NCBI GenBank assembly: GCA_030295235.1
Contig: AP026133.1
Location: 806,001-870,000 of the forward strand
DNA: 64,000 nucleotides
From: Fistulifera solaris
Taxonomy: Eukaryota
Direction: 5' to 3'
Below, piece by piece: positions 49,855 to 63,555 of the stretch. The first letter of the stretch is position 1. Each line of letters opens with the position of its first letter. Below the pieces are notes generated by a model. That model was not told the origin of the DNA, ran no database searches, and saw only the letters and a list, made by a program, of their open reading frames with translations. Made by a program: the position numbers and the translations under genes.

Positions 49855-52800
49855 ATGCCAGGCTTTCAGCAGCAGCGCAAAGTCTTCGGGCAGTCGATGC
49901 AAAAGAAAACTTCGTATCAACGTCAGTTTGGTGGTAGCACCTCGTATCGATCAGGAGATACCGATGATGCCGCTGCCAAGGCTGCGTTAGCGGCGGAACG
50001 AAGAAAGAGGAAGCAAATTGCTGCCGAAAATGTGGAGAAAGCCTTTGGGATTGATCAGTTTGTCATTGATAAGGAAAAATCGCAACCGAGGCGTGGTTGG
50101 CTTTACAATGTTCTTCCGACGACGGTACGTACGCGATGGACGCTGACAGAGATTTATCTCTTTTGTTTAAAAACGCAGCAACTGGTTCCATTTCTCATCT
50201 GTTTCGCTCGCCTTTTTAACAACACAGGTGCCCGCGACCGACGGATCGATCGGTGAACGCTCGGGTCTTGATTTATATTTTCTATCGGAATCAGGCAAAG
50301 ACAACTTCAAAGCAACCGTTCTTTATCGTCCTTTCTTTTACATTCTGCCTGATCTAGAGGAAATAACACAGGCCGATATTGCCTTGGAGTTGCTCACGTC
50401 GACGTTGATGCGTCAGTTCGAATTGCACAGCGTCAACGTCGTTCATCGCATCGATTTAGACCAGCCCAATCATTTGGCCCCCAAAAACAGACACGGACGA
50501 CCGTTGTTGCAACTCGTTTTCGACACGGTGAGTCAGCTCACTCAAGTTCGCGATCAACTACGCTCGATCGTGGAAAAGAATGCCCAGAGATCCAAGGCGG
50601 TTGTTTCTTTCCAAATGAACGACGCGTCGCTGCACGACGAAGTCCTCAAAGATCCGCTTTCTCTCTTGGGTGATTTGAGAGAATACGATGTACCGTATGT
50701 GGTGCGCGTTTGCATCGATCGCTCGATTCGTGCCGGAACCTGGTACACTGTGCAAGCCGATGAAGAGTATGGTGTCGAGTTGGTCGATGCCGACAAGGAG
50801 CATAAAGCTGACCCGGTCTTTCTGGCCTTTGACATCGAATGTACGAAAGACCCTCTGAAGTTTCCCAATGCGGAAAGAGATACTATCTTTATGATTTCGT
50901 ACATGGTCCGTACCTCCAGGGGCAGTCAAGGCTACCTGATTGTCAGTCGAGATATTGTCGGTCAAGACATTGTAGATTTCGAATACACACCGGATAAGCA
51001 GTATCCTGGACCCTTTCAGATCTTTAATGAGCCCGATGAGAGAGCATTGCTACAGCGTTTCTTTCCGAATACCGAAAGCACGCGCCCCAGATTGTCGTCA
51101 CCTATAACGGTGACTTTTTCGATTGGCCGTTCGTGGAGACTCGCGCAGCCTACCATGGTTTCAATATCTTTCAAGAAATTGGAGTCGAGCGCATTCAGGA
51201 CGAATTTCGCGGTTTAAGTTGTGTTCATTTGGATGCGTTCCATTGGGTACAGAGAGATTCGTACCTGCCTCAAGGTGCGCAAGGCTTGAAGGCAGTGACC
51301 CGTTATAAGCTGGGATATGACCCCGTGGAAGTGGACCCAGAGGACATGGTCGAGTTCGCGAGACGTAAGCCGGTTCACATGGCTACGTATTCGGTCTCCG
51401 ATGCGGTGGCTACCTACTACTTGTACGAAAAGTATGTCCATTTGTTCATTTTCTCCTTGTGCACGATCATTCCCATGGGACCGGAGGACGTCCTGCGCAA
51501 AGGCAGCGGCACTTTGTGCGAAACTCTCTTAATGACTCAAGCTACGTCGAAGAATATCTTGTGCCCCAATAAGCAAACGGATCCCCTGGCCAAGTTCCAT
51601 CAGGGGCATTTATTGGAAAGTGAAACGTACATTGGTGGCAAAGTAGAGTGTTTGGAAACGGGTGTATATCGGAGTGATATTGAGTATGATTTTGATCTGA
51701 AGCCTAGCGCTTTCCAGCAACTGATTGACAATATTGACCGTGACTTGGTGTTTGCAATTGAAGTCGAGGGAGGAAAGAAAAAAAGAAGATTTTGTCAACT
51801 ATGATGAGGTATGTCATTCACGGTGGTTGGCAAGAGCACTTCACGGGTTCTTCATCTAACGCACTCTTTTACAGATCCGGGGCAAGATCGTTAAGGAGCT
51901 GGAGAAACTTCGCGATCGACCTAAACGCAAAGAAACGCCGTATATTTACCACTTGGACGTCGGCGCCATGTACCCGAATATCATTTTGAGTAATCGTCTA
52001 CAGCCAGGTGCTATCGTTGACGACGCTACGTGTGCAGCTTGTGATTTCAATCAATCCAAGAACAATTGTAAACGCCGCATGCCATGGATTTGGCGCGGTG
52101 ACTACAACCCCGCAACGAAAATGGAGTATGATCGTACGAAAGATCAACTGTCCAGGGAACTCTTTCAAGACGGCGTGCCTTTCTCCCAGTTACCGGACAG
52201 CGAGCAAGCAGCCTTAGTTGCAAGTCGCCTGAAGACTTACGCGAATAAGGCTTACAAAAAAACCAAAATCACCGAAGAGAAACTGCGCGAAGACGTCGTC
52301 TGTATGAGGGAGAACGATTTCTACGTCGACACAGTTCGTCAGTTCCGAGACCGACGATACGAGTATAAAGCTTTGAAGAAGACGTGGAGCAAAAAATCGG
52401 AAAACGCGACAGACCCTGCAACGAAGAAAGAATGCGAGGATCGTTTGCTAGTCTATGACTCGCTCCAGGTGGCGCACAAGTGCATTTTGAACAGTTTTTA
52501 CGGGTATGTGATGCGAAAAGGAGCGCGCTGGAGATCTATGGAAATGGCTGGGATAGTTACAAAGAATGGAGCAGATATTATCACACAGGCGCGTCGACTT
52601 GTGGAGCAGATCGGGCGGCCTCTTGAGTTGGACACCGACGGTATCTGGTGCATCTTGCCTGGCTCATTCCCTGATGTCTATTCTTTCCTCGCGGAGGATG
52701 GATCAAAGTTGAAACTTGAATATCCATGTGTTATGTTGAACGCGGCATGCCAAGATGAGTTTACCAATCATCAGTACCAAGTCTTGGTTGATCCAGAGAG

Positions 52801-55800
52801 AGGACTTTATGAGACGCGGAGTGAATGTTCAATTTTCTTCGAAGTCGACGGACCGTACCGATGCATGGTACTGCCAGCAAGCACTGAAGAAGGCAAGTTG
52901 CTGAAAAAGCGCTATGCCGTCTTCAACTTCGACGGGTCTTTAGCAGAACTCAAGGGATTTGAATTGAAGCGACGTGGTGAGCTGGAGCTTATCAAAACGT
53001 TTCAATCACAAGTGTTTGAGCGCTTCCTTGACGGCGGATCATTAAAAGAGTGTTACGACAGCGTAGCCGACGTTGCCAACCATTGGATCGACGTTATTGA
53101 GACTAGAGGTGAAAATTTAGATGACGATGAGCTTGTCGACCTTATCAGCGAAAACCGCAACATGAGTCGTCAATTGGAGGACTATGGTGCTCAAAAGGAA
53201 CATCACAAACAACTGCTCGTCGTCTTGCTGAGTTCTTGGGTGCCGAGCTGATCCGGGACAAGGGACTCAATTGTAAGTTCATCGTTTCTGAGCAGCCATA
53301 TGGAGCTCCTGTCACCGAGCGAGCTGTGCCGACAGCGATTTGGAAAGCGCCACCCAACGTAGCGCAAAGATACCTCAGGAAGTGGCTGAAATCACCAGGG
53401 CTTGAAGGCGACGCTCTCGATATTCGAAATGTTCTTGACTGGGATTATTACTTGGATAGACTCGGCAAGACAATCCAAAAATTATAACCATTCCAGCAGC
53501 ACTACAAAATATTCCCAATCCTGTCCCGCGTCTCGAGCACCCTGCCTGGCTTGGCTCCAAAGTTAATCAAATGAACGACAAGCACAAACAGCAAAGCATC
53601 ACAGGAATGCTGGTGAAGCGGTCTGAACGTAGCCCACTAGTCGACATCGAAGACATAGGCACCAGAGGAGGGAATCCAAAGCTTCCAATTGTCCACAAAC
53701 GGGTTCGAAATAGATTTTCACGAGAAAACGATAATGATGCGACGCTGGAAAAAGAGTCGAGCTGTCTAAAGAAAACTTTGAAGTCTGGCTAAGACAGAAG
53801 AAAGCATCGTGGCGAAAGGGTCGAAAGGAACGTCGCTCACAACGTACCTTGTCGAGTGATCGCGACATGGAAAAACGAGCCAAGACAGCAACCAGTATTG
53901 AAGGATACATCCGCGAAGCCGCGCTTTCGAAGGCACGACGGGAGTGGCAGATCGTAGAAGTGCGAGAAATGACATCTTATGAATCCTTGTCGTCTGGCTC
54001 TGGTGAATTCGTCGTATGGGCTATGGTCGGCACTGACTCTCTCCAGAAAATTATTGTTTCAGTTCCACGAACTGTTTACATATCTTCAAGAACTGAGTTA
54101 ACTCATTCTTCCACCGATATCACACGCTTTCGTCGAGTTGAGCGCCATCTTCCCCATTGCAAAGCAGCTCAATTCCTCTACGAAGCCTCTATGCCCGAGC
54201 ATGTTTACAAAAAAAAAAGACGTGGGTGGATTCTCTCTATCCAATCGACCCCAGCGTCGAAAAAAGGCCACGCCATTGAAAGTGTATACCAGTCAAAGAA
54301 TCCGTCCATGTTACGCTTACTCTCCGAGCTAGGCCACGTAGTTCGACTGGAGAGCTCACAAGACGCGATCAACAAAAAGTCGTACACAATTGAAGACTTC
54401 AAACGAGTGGACAAGCTTTCAGGTGGCGACTATCTGAATGCCCAACTCTCCTACCGACGTTTGTTTCTTTACGTGCGAATCAATGCGAGTCTAAAAACTG
54501 GACTCATTGCTTTGTTTGACCTCAAAGGAGGAAGCGGTTCACTTGGGAAGGAGACCAAGAATGGTGACATCACACGACCAACCGATGCCGGGCAAGGCAA
54601 TTTCGACATCAGCTCGTTTTGCAACTTGTGGATAGTGAAACCAGGATCTGGTCGAAAAGCGCAGCGCAACGTTTCATTGAAGGAATGCAAGAACATGTTC
54701 AAGGAGCTCGTTGAGTCTATTCAAAACTCCGCTGGACTCGACTCGGACTATAGTTGCATTTTCCCCGAAAGCCATATCGAAGTTAGCAACTTGTATTTCG
54801 TGGACAACGAAGAACAAGCTCTCGCCGGTGCCAATGAAGTAATTTCCTCTGCTGTCAAAAGCAGTACAGGGCCTGCGTTTGTATTGCTCAATTGTAGCAA
54901 GGAGCATAGGCAACTCCGTCGAATAATGACTTCTTTCAATTCGTGTCCCGTGCTGAACATGCCTTTCCCTCCCGGCCCAGCGCACAACCCAGCTATTGCA
55001 TCACTTCCAGCTCTAAACTGGGAGCAGCCACTCATTCAGCTGTCTTTGGAAGCGTACTTGTTCATGGTTGTAATCTCGTTCCCGAAAAGGGTTTCGTACG
55101 CGCGCTATGGGCAAGTCCCTTTGGGAAACCTTGGCACAGATGAGAACATAACTTTGTTCGACGCAGGTATGACGCGCCTTTTACAGAAAAATTCCGCTCT
55201 TTCATGGGCTAGCTCAATTCCTGGAAAACCTGATCTCGGGGAAAATTTTCTTCCATCATTTAACGGCGGCACATTTGCCCAAAACGAGACCGGCACTGTC
55301 CTCTATAGCTTAGATGATGCATGGGGAGATGAAGATGATCTTATTAGCCCTACCATCCGCCGCGCCGGAGTGTATAGATCGGTTTGCGTGGACATCGATG
55401 TGCAGGATTTGGCAATCGCCGCTTTATCCGACATGTCTGTTGCTATCGCTTCGATTGGCCCAGGAGTTGTTCAGCAAGACTCGATTCTGGGACAGAAGCC
55501 TGAGTCACCGACGTCCGTCACTGCTTTACAGGAAAGTTTTCAAACCACAAAAGCCACGGGTCCTCTAGGTGATGAAATGTCCACTTCGATTTCGCTGTCA
55601 ATGATTCGTTCCATGGTCAGCAACTGGCTTCGAGACGCATTTCACGACGGTAGTCTCGTTGCAGATGAACTCTTGCACCATATTTATCGACTCATATCAG
55701 ATCCTAATACGCTTCTTCACGATCCTGCTCTTCACAGAGTAGTGCATGCTCTCATGAAATCAACGTTTTTGAGGGTTTTGGGTGAGCTTCAACGACTAGG

Positions 55801-56949
55801 TTGTGCCATCATATACGCCTCTTTCAATCGCATCACTGTCGCAACCAACAAGATTGATCTCGCGGATGCCGAGGAGTATGTCGACTTCGTGATAAACACA
55901 GCCAAGAACAAGTCGGAAGAAGGCAGTGTACTCTCCAAAGTCTCGCTTCGTCCCAAGCAATTTCATACTCATTACATCTTTCTGAACGAGTTCAATTTCG
56001 GAACTATACATTTGGAGAGAGTACCCGCAGACGAAATGGAACCTGACGCCGAACTGGTGTTTATTGAAGACGGGGGTCGCATGCTATCATTACTTCTGTG
56101 GTAACTGGCTGGAGCCTGACAAATTACTTGGGCAGCCATCTGGCCCAGGAATACTTCAAAGCCATCATTGCTCGATTTTCTCGCGACGTTTTGAAGAAGC
56201 AGATGGAGCTACATACCCACGGAAACTCTGGTTCGTCTTCCTTGCTTACCGGAGAACGTAACGAACTTTCCGCCTTCCAAAAGACGTTGATCGAGAGGCA
56301 CTTTTCATCTTACTTGACGCGTGCAGTCGATGAGATCATGAAAGAAGGACCAGACGACAAGGTCTTGCCACCGCTAGTAAACGACGACACTGCGCGCTCC
56401 AGTATGCCCGCGCTTGAGTTTGTGAAGAACCTCATTGCTGTTTTGGAACTCGATCCCGAGACAACGAAAGAAGTGCACTCTTTGAAACGAAGTCTGCTGG
56501 CTCAAGTGGATGTACCCGAGTATGCCCGAGTCGCGCAATGGAAGGATCCATGTCCCACTCTCATTCTCCCGGATGTGTTTTGCAGCGAATGCCAAGACAG
56601 TCGAGATGTAAATCTCTGTTATGTTCCACCCCGTGATGAAGAGGAAAACACCTGGAATCATGAATGGGCCTGTGAAGATTGTGGGACACCGTACGATGTG
56701 GTCGCAATGGAACACCGTCTCGTGCAGATGCTGCAAAAGAAAGTAATGCGCTATCAACTCCAAGACTTGCGTTTGCGCAAGACGCGCCGTGTCTCCACTT
56801 GGGCTTTGCGTTCGGATGACTGCGAGACCGACATACATTCCGATCAAACAATGAACGAACTGAAGCTCGTGCGAAATCTCGCCGAGTTGCATCAACTCGA
56901 AACGCTCAATGAAATTACCACCTTTTTGCTTGAGAGTTTCGAAGTTTAG
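49855..56949 (+). CDS. POLE1: DNA polymerase epsilon catalytic subunit A
   Basis: Exo [32 protein letters not shown] (CysX), [19 protein letters not shown] and CysA. Introns 50125-50227 and 51809-51874. About six single-base frameshifts (near 51062, 51780, 53195, 53480, 53755, 56075). Confidence 0.97.
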
Positions 56950-57101
56950 TTATGATTGCCGTTTTCCAGTAAATAGAGACGATAACAACTAATACAAGTA
57001 GCGATGATTAAGGATAAAAGCAATCCGACGTTAGCCAGGAATTCCTGACGAAGAACACGAACAACTATATGCTGTGGTCAATTATTTCGCGCACAATCTA
57101 T

Positions 57102-57478
57102 CTATGCGGAACTGTATTTCGCCAGTAAAGCATCACGATGTGCCTTTGCTTCTTCTGCGTACGCCTGAGCGGCGCTATACGAACCCCGAACGCCGGCCGC
57201 CGAAGCTTTAACATCCGCATGCGCCATGCCGTACATGGGCAACTCGGTGGCATTTGATTGACGCAACAGCGAGGGTGTCACTGGAGTACCTGCCGCTATT
57301 TTTTCAGCATAAATAGCCGTACTAAGGCAAAAGAGAGACGAAGTTTAATAATAAGAAACATAACAAGAAAATACAAAATAAATAAGCTCATTCTCGACAC
57401 TCACACTGCAACGCGCTCTCGCAATCCGGCGTCTCTTTCTTGCTGCGGTTCCATTCCGCTTTTCCAAAACGACGACAT
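57102..57478 (-). CDS. Small two-exon hypothetical protein (97 aa), absent from the ORF track
   Basis: Exon 1 57478-57405, intron 57404-57322 (GTGAGT...pyrimidine tract...TTAG), exon 2 57321-57102. The spliced frame is open: MSSFWKSG...ALLAKYSSA*. Confidence 0.75.
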
Positions 57479-57884
57479 CTTAGCCCAAGATTCTCTTTAA
57501 AGTGATGTATCAAAGTGAAGAGTGCTCTGCAATTATAACAATGAATAAGAGAGCAGGCAATGGAAACGCAATACCTGGTACCACTGCGTTTATTGCGTTG
57601 CGTTTTCGTTTTGCTGCGCTCTACAGAATTTGGCGTACCGGTAACAATGGGTATATTCAAGAAGTACCGGTGTGCATTCCAAACAACTGACAATCGCTAA
57701 CAAGCTTGTCTGACATTCAACCGAAGTTGATTCAGACCCGAACCCCATTCTCTCTAGAGGCTATTCCGAACTCCGAACTCCAAAGAGTTTTTACGATCGT
57801 GCATTTGCTCGCTACTTTGTACACATGATGATCATCGTGAGTTGATTGACATCATAAAAGCAACTTTAGCATCTACCTGCCACG

Positions 57885-60379
57885 ATGTTAGAAACAATCA
57901 AACACTTGATCGAAGAGCGGCTTCCAGAGTTGGACGCCGACATTACAGACTACGTGCTTGGCATACTAGAAGACGGCTTGCCAGAAGATGTGGAGAGTTT
58001 TCTTTCTCCGTTGTGTGGTGATGACGATGAGACCAAGGAAATTCTTTTGCAGGAAATTCATCAGTTGAGTCAGCCAGAATCTGACAGTGCTACTTTAGAA
58101 ATATCAAACAGAAGACCGGTCAAGCTCAAAGATTGTTTCCAAGATGAAGAAGCAGCTCTCGCACAATCGTTTGAAAAGGCCAGTGTTACCGACAAAGAAA
58201 TAAATGCAACAACGACACCCGAACGTCACAATCGAAAAAGCAAAGCAAACAAACAGACACATCACTCTGAAAATCAGGAATCAACATCATCGTTTGTGGA
58301 AGATAATGCCAGCGCATGGGAGCAAACTGTACAAGAAGAAGGAACATGGGGCGGACGAGGCAAAGGAGGTAGAGGAGAATACGCCGGAGCCGTAAATTCG
58401 GTCAAGAGTAATATCCATCTCTCCGACGTATCGATTTCTTTAGACAACGGAATGGATCTACTGCGTAATTCCACCATGGATATTATGCGCGGTCATCGAT
58501 ACGGGTACGTTGCAACAGGTATAGTTTCCGTTGCGTTGCCAAGCTATGGGTTGCTCTTTATCATCAATCGCCCCTCTAACACTCTTTACTAATTGACACG
58601 CTGCTAGATTACTGGGAAGGAACGGTGTTGGCAAGTCAACGCTACTGCGTAGGCTGGTGCAAAAGTCTATTCCAGGCATGCCGCATGATATGCGAATCAT
58701 TCTGGTACAGCAACAAATTGAGGGATCAGAGCTGTCGGCTTTACAGACATTAGTGGATGCAGATATAGATCGCTTACAATTACTGGAAGAGCAGGAGGAA
58801 ATGGAGACTAAACTTGAGTCGGAGGAGTGCACTTCAGACGAGTTGGCTCACGTAGCAGAGCGTCTCGGGGAAATTGCGGATGAACTCGACGCCATTCGAG
58901 CCGATCAAGCAGAAGAGCGCGCGGAACAAATACTGAAAGGTTTACAATTCACAGATGACATGATCCATGGGAAAACTAGTCAATTGTCTGGTGGATGGAG
59001 AATGAGACTCGCATTAGCGCGATCCCTCTTTGTGCCGTGTCACTTGCTTCTTTTGGATGAATGCACCAATCACCTTGATTTGCACGGAATGAGCTGGTTG
59101 ATTGAATATTTGCAAAAGAAGTCGGATCGGACGTTGATTGTGGTATCACACGATTCGAGCTTCCTAGACGCCGTCTGTACAGATATCGTTGTTTTACAGC
59201 ACCAACGACTTACCTATCATGTGGGGAACTATTCCGAATATATTCGTCAGCAGAGTGAAAGAGCGACACGAGAAAGTCAAATTCTTGACGCCGCAGCGCG
59301 TCAGCGCATAAAGCCGAGGCTTTTGTTCAAAAGCAGCAGGCGAACCGCAAATCGACCGACCCCAACAAACAAAGGCAGGCCAAGATGATCAAAGAGAAAA
59401 AGATGGATCGAATAGGAAACTACCGCGAAGATGGAAAGCGCTACAAGCTACGGTCGCTAAAAACCCTCGACGAGTCAAGTGTGCGACTTGCTCAAAAGGT
59501 CACTGTCGAAGTGGATGACCCTCTTATTGAAATAAAATTCCCTAATCCAGTGTGGCCTCCAGGCGTCGCTCCTGGTGATGACATTGTACGAATAGAAGAT
59601 CTTTCCTTTGGTTTCACCGACGAGAAACTGCTTCTGGATAGCGTGACTTTAAGCTTGACGCGTGGTAGCAAGGTGGCGTTGGTCGGCAATAATGGATCGG
59701 GCAAGTCCTCTTTAGTAAAACTCATAACAGGAGACATCGACAGTGCTTCGGCAAAGGGACGCTTTGGAAATACCCAACTCTCACCATGGGACATGTTTGC
59801 CAGTACTCTGTCGAGGAGCTCGAAAGATATGCGAGTATGACAGTCGTTGAATATGCGGAAGAGATCCTTAGTAAGTCAAAAGCCGCAATCAAAGTCATGA
59901 AGAAAGGTTCGGGAAATATTCGTCAGTATTTGGGTGCTTTTGGTCTCGGTGGAAGTCACGCGCTCCAAGCTATTGGCAAACTTTCGGGAGGGGGAGCGAA
60001 TGCGCCTTTGTTTTGCCACTGTATTGGCAGATGAACCACAACTTCTGTTGCTCGACGAGTCTACGAATCACGTGGATATTGAAACACTCGAGTCTCTTTC
60101 CCATGCGTTGAACACGTTTGAAGGTAGCGTCCTTATGGTCTCGCACAACCAAGCTTTCCTTAGTGGCTTCTGCAAAGAGCTTTGGGTGTTGGCTGATGGC
60201 AAGATCGATGTGATGCACAGTGACACATCATCGTTTGACGAAATTTTTCCGAGTACAGGCATCGGATATCATCGTCTGCAAATGGAACTTCGAGTGGCAG
60301 ACGCAAAGAAAAGGCAAAGATGGCGAAACAGGCGAAGCAACAACAAATGGGAACCAAGCAAAATACCGCGCTTTTGTAG
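57885..60379 (+). CDS. ABC-F family ATPase (ABCF3/GCN20-like), two NBDs and no TMD
   Basis: GRNGVGKST across intron 58505-58607, LSGGWRMRL, LLLDECTNHLD, second NBD GNNGSGKS, LSGG and LLDESTNHVD. Frameshifts near 59310, 59765, 59992 and 60246. Confidence 0.92.
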
Positions 60380-60829
60380 TCCATTTTCTCATCGATCTGT
60401 CAGAATAGCCAAGCTCATCACTTCTCAATTTTCTTTCATCAACATGTACCTTGTTGCAACAGTTGTAGACGCTGCGTGCTCCTTATTGAGTCCCTCACCC
60501 GTGCTAATGCGCTAATGCTACTTTGCGCGCGAACCGTAACTTAACAAAGGAAGTTATAGGACCAAGTTGAACAATGACTCTTTCAGTTTTTATTACGTAG
60601 TATTCTATCAGCCCACAGCCATGTCAGCCGACCCGTGTCGTTCAGAAGGCAAGGGGCAATATTGCTCCTTGTGAGAAGGAAGTTGGAAGTTGGTGTCGCA
60701 ATGAGCACATTTCTTCCACATAGCACGTTTCTTCCACATGGCGTTTCTGAAGCACAGACGCACAGGATTTTTTCGCTTTAATTATAGAAACACCGCGCCG
60801 CATCATCATTCGGCCGCCGACAATCAACT

Positions 60830-62060
60830 ACAAACAATTCCAATCAACGATCCCAGCCAATGAAGGGCACCCCGCAGAAGCTGCTTTCCATTCAACTCAT
60901 ATGGGTGGCTTCGTTGTCCTCGCCTTGGCAATGCCAACCAGATTTTATCATATCCTCAGTTCATTGGAGCAATGACAATCGACCTATACTCTTACAGCAG
61001 AGCATTTGTGAAAAGTTTCGATTTGTAGGCAAAGAGAGCCTACAGATGATGCCGAATCGGAAATGCGGCTCTGGGTTGTTCGGCTTGTTTACCTATTTAT
61101 TCATTATCATCAGCACCGATCCGCTTTTACCGTGGACGCAAAATACAAAGTCTAGCGTCAAGAAGCCGGTATCGGGTCCTTTGATTTTAAATGTGCTACC
61201 GCGAAGTTCCTCGTCAAGGGATCATTTTACGATAGCGGCATTGTAGGCAACATGAGGTATGGGGCTGTCCCGGCCTCGATGGCGAGCCTCGCAACGGACC
61301 GAGTGGAACTATTCGTCAATCACGCTCCATTTTTGCAGTAACCGTGGTCTTAAGTAAAATGTGAACGTCGCGACACACAGTGCTTCTTGCTGCCGTCGGG
61401 TCCGTGTGTTTTGAGGCATCATGAGGTAGAAGAGGCGCATTCAATACAAAAGAGAGAAAGGCATCCTCTATTATTTGGTCGGAAACTCTTCCAGAAGATC
61501 GACAGGAAGCTCGCGTGCTATTCTTGCAGCTCCCGTTCCGAGTGCAGCGCATTCCTCATGAACGGTTTAATTATACTGACGCTGTCGTTCTCTCGACTCG
61601 ACAATATACCCAGATGGCAATCTGGGCCGTCATAAAAAATAGTCTGGCTCGGTGGAAGACGAAATCAAATGCCACCCGTGTTGGAACTAGCTGGCAATGT
61701 CAACTCAAGGTCGCGGTGTCCTCCTCAATGACATAGCAGAAGAAATCGCTCTTTATGGCCCTACAGATTTCGGCATTTATAGTTCCTCCATTGGACAATT
61801 ACTTGGCGTTTATAGGAGCTTCAGAACTAATACGGCAAAGCTGACCACTCTTGCCTTCAAAGATATGATCGGCATGTATTTCCGTGCGAAGAAACGTGCG
61901 GCCTTCTATCCATTTGTCCTTCACTTGCTGAATGAGGAGTCACGACGACACCGCTCAGGGTAGCCCGTGTTTTCCCCAAGACGTTTAGGCTTTCGGTTCT
62001 ACTCCAATTGGACGCTGCCCTGGCCGAGTGCTTGTTTATCGGTTCGAGAGAGGCATCGAA
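60830..62060 (+). pseudogene. Decayed gene resembling diatom alpha-1,6-fucosyltransferase-like proteins
   Basis: The frame from 61021 reads RLVYLFIHYHQHR..*..GSFDFKCATAKFLV..SLATDRVELFVN..*PWS*..CERRDTQCFLLPSGPCVL, with stops at 61153, 61339 and 61351. Family assignment is from memory of motifs and boundaries are approximate. Confidence 0.55.
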
Positions 62061-62146
62061 ACACGATTCGAAAGAAAAGCGGAAGTGACAATCTCCATTC
62101 AAACCATTAAGCCCAAAGAAACCGAATGAATAGAGCTTCTGAGTTG

Positions 62147-62186
62147 CTCACAATGGGCCTGATGGACTCACAATGGGCCTGATGGA
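62147..62186. repeat. Perfect 20-bp tandem duplication (CTCACAATGGGCCTGATGGA x2)
   Basis: Read directly. Confidence 0.95.
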
Positions 62187-63555
62187 CACTTTACCAAGAC
62201 GTTGGGTGATTTTCTATGTATTGACGCTTTGGTGATTCGATATCGGCGCTTTTTTCTCTGCTCTTTGTTGGTGATAGGACGGTAGCACTTCCTTCCGTGC
62301 ATTGGGAAAGAAATCAATATGCAACGTTGAAACGCAATAAAAAGTCTAAGCGAAGTCGGGAAAACATGGTCTTGCCGAAGCGGTCGAATGGTCAGGACGT
62401 TTCGAACGAAGATCCTAGTTTGATTTTGATGGGTGCACCAGCAATTAATGGGTCCCTTCCGAAGCGGGTACGATCTGCCGCACACACTTTGTGAGAAAGA
62501 ACTATTGAGTCCATGTAGAATTGATTTATTCATATATCTAAGCTTTTCTACTGTATAACGTAGTGTGTCCTTTGTCGAGTTGCTACAGTTTGACTTGCCA
62601 TTTTTGTGTCTCCTCACTCCAACAGGTAACCATCAATCGTTTGAAGTGCATGTAAGGATCCCTCGCGGACACCGCGTCTTCCTACAATGTTCGATGGTCA
62701 CTTTAACAAAACTATGGCCAATAAAAGATGGATGAGTAGATTAGCACGAGTATCGTTCCAACCTTGTTGAGCAAGAACCTTCCATGTAGGAAAAGTGAAA
62801 GAATGGGTATGCAAGCTTCGGACCTGCATCAGTTCGCGCTTCTCCTTATAATCACACGTCTAATCAGCTTTGTTTGTTCTGACTTTCAGCGCCCACATTC
62901 AATACGCATAACTGGAAAGTTAATTTGGTTGTCAATTTGAAATCTACACGGCTTTCTATACAAACCCGATAACTAGGAAGTGCCTTCCTTACCCCAGTGT
63001 GGTTTTTATCATGCTCCAGGAGTACAGCACGATGGAGCGGCGTCTTGCTACAGTACATCGAGTCGAAGCCAAGGGTGTACTGATTTAAAAGATTACGATG
63101 ACAAGCTTTCATATAAACCATAGTTTGGAACTTGAGCGTACCGTACGTTCGAAACCTATGCGACGTCCAAACAAAGGATATCTTTTACAACGTACCAGGT
63201 ACCCCGTATTATTTTGCGTTCGCACAAACTTGATTTTTTTTTGAAACTTGTCCTTTTATAGTATTACTTTCTCTACTTGTTAATGACGGAGAAACAGTTG
63301 AGTTGTATCTGGTACACTCAGACGGAAAACGGAAGATTGCGAAGGAGCCGCATTAAGAACACGGTCAGTAGATAGAAAGACCCGCACCATCGAACCAAAG
63401 CGGATGAGAGCTAAGGGGCAACGCGCTAGGGCATGCAAAATAAATGATCACGTACAAGAAACGCATCGTCGAGCATTAAGGAACACATCAAGCCAGGTAG
63501 AACAGTCAACATCCTTCGTAAAAGAAGTCATTCGCTCGTAAAAACAATAGCAAGA

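Noticed and set aside
49855..56949. Programmed ribosomal frameshifting or RNA editing as the cause of the split genes
   Set aside because: Breaks fall at arbitrary homopolymers in both directions across unrelated genes, so sequencing error is far simpler.
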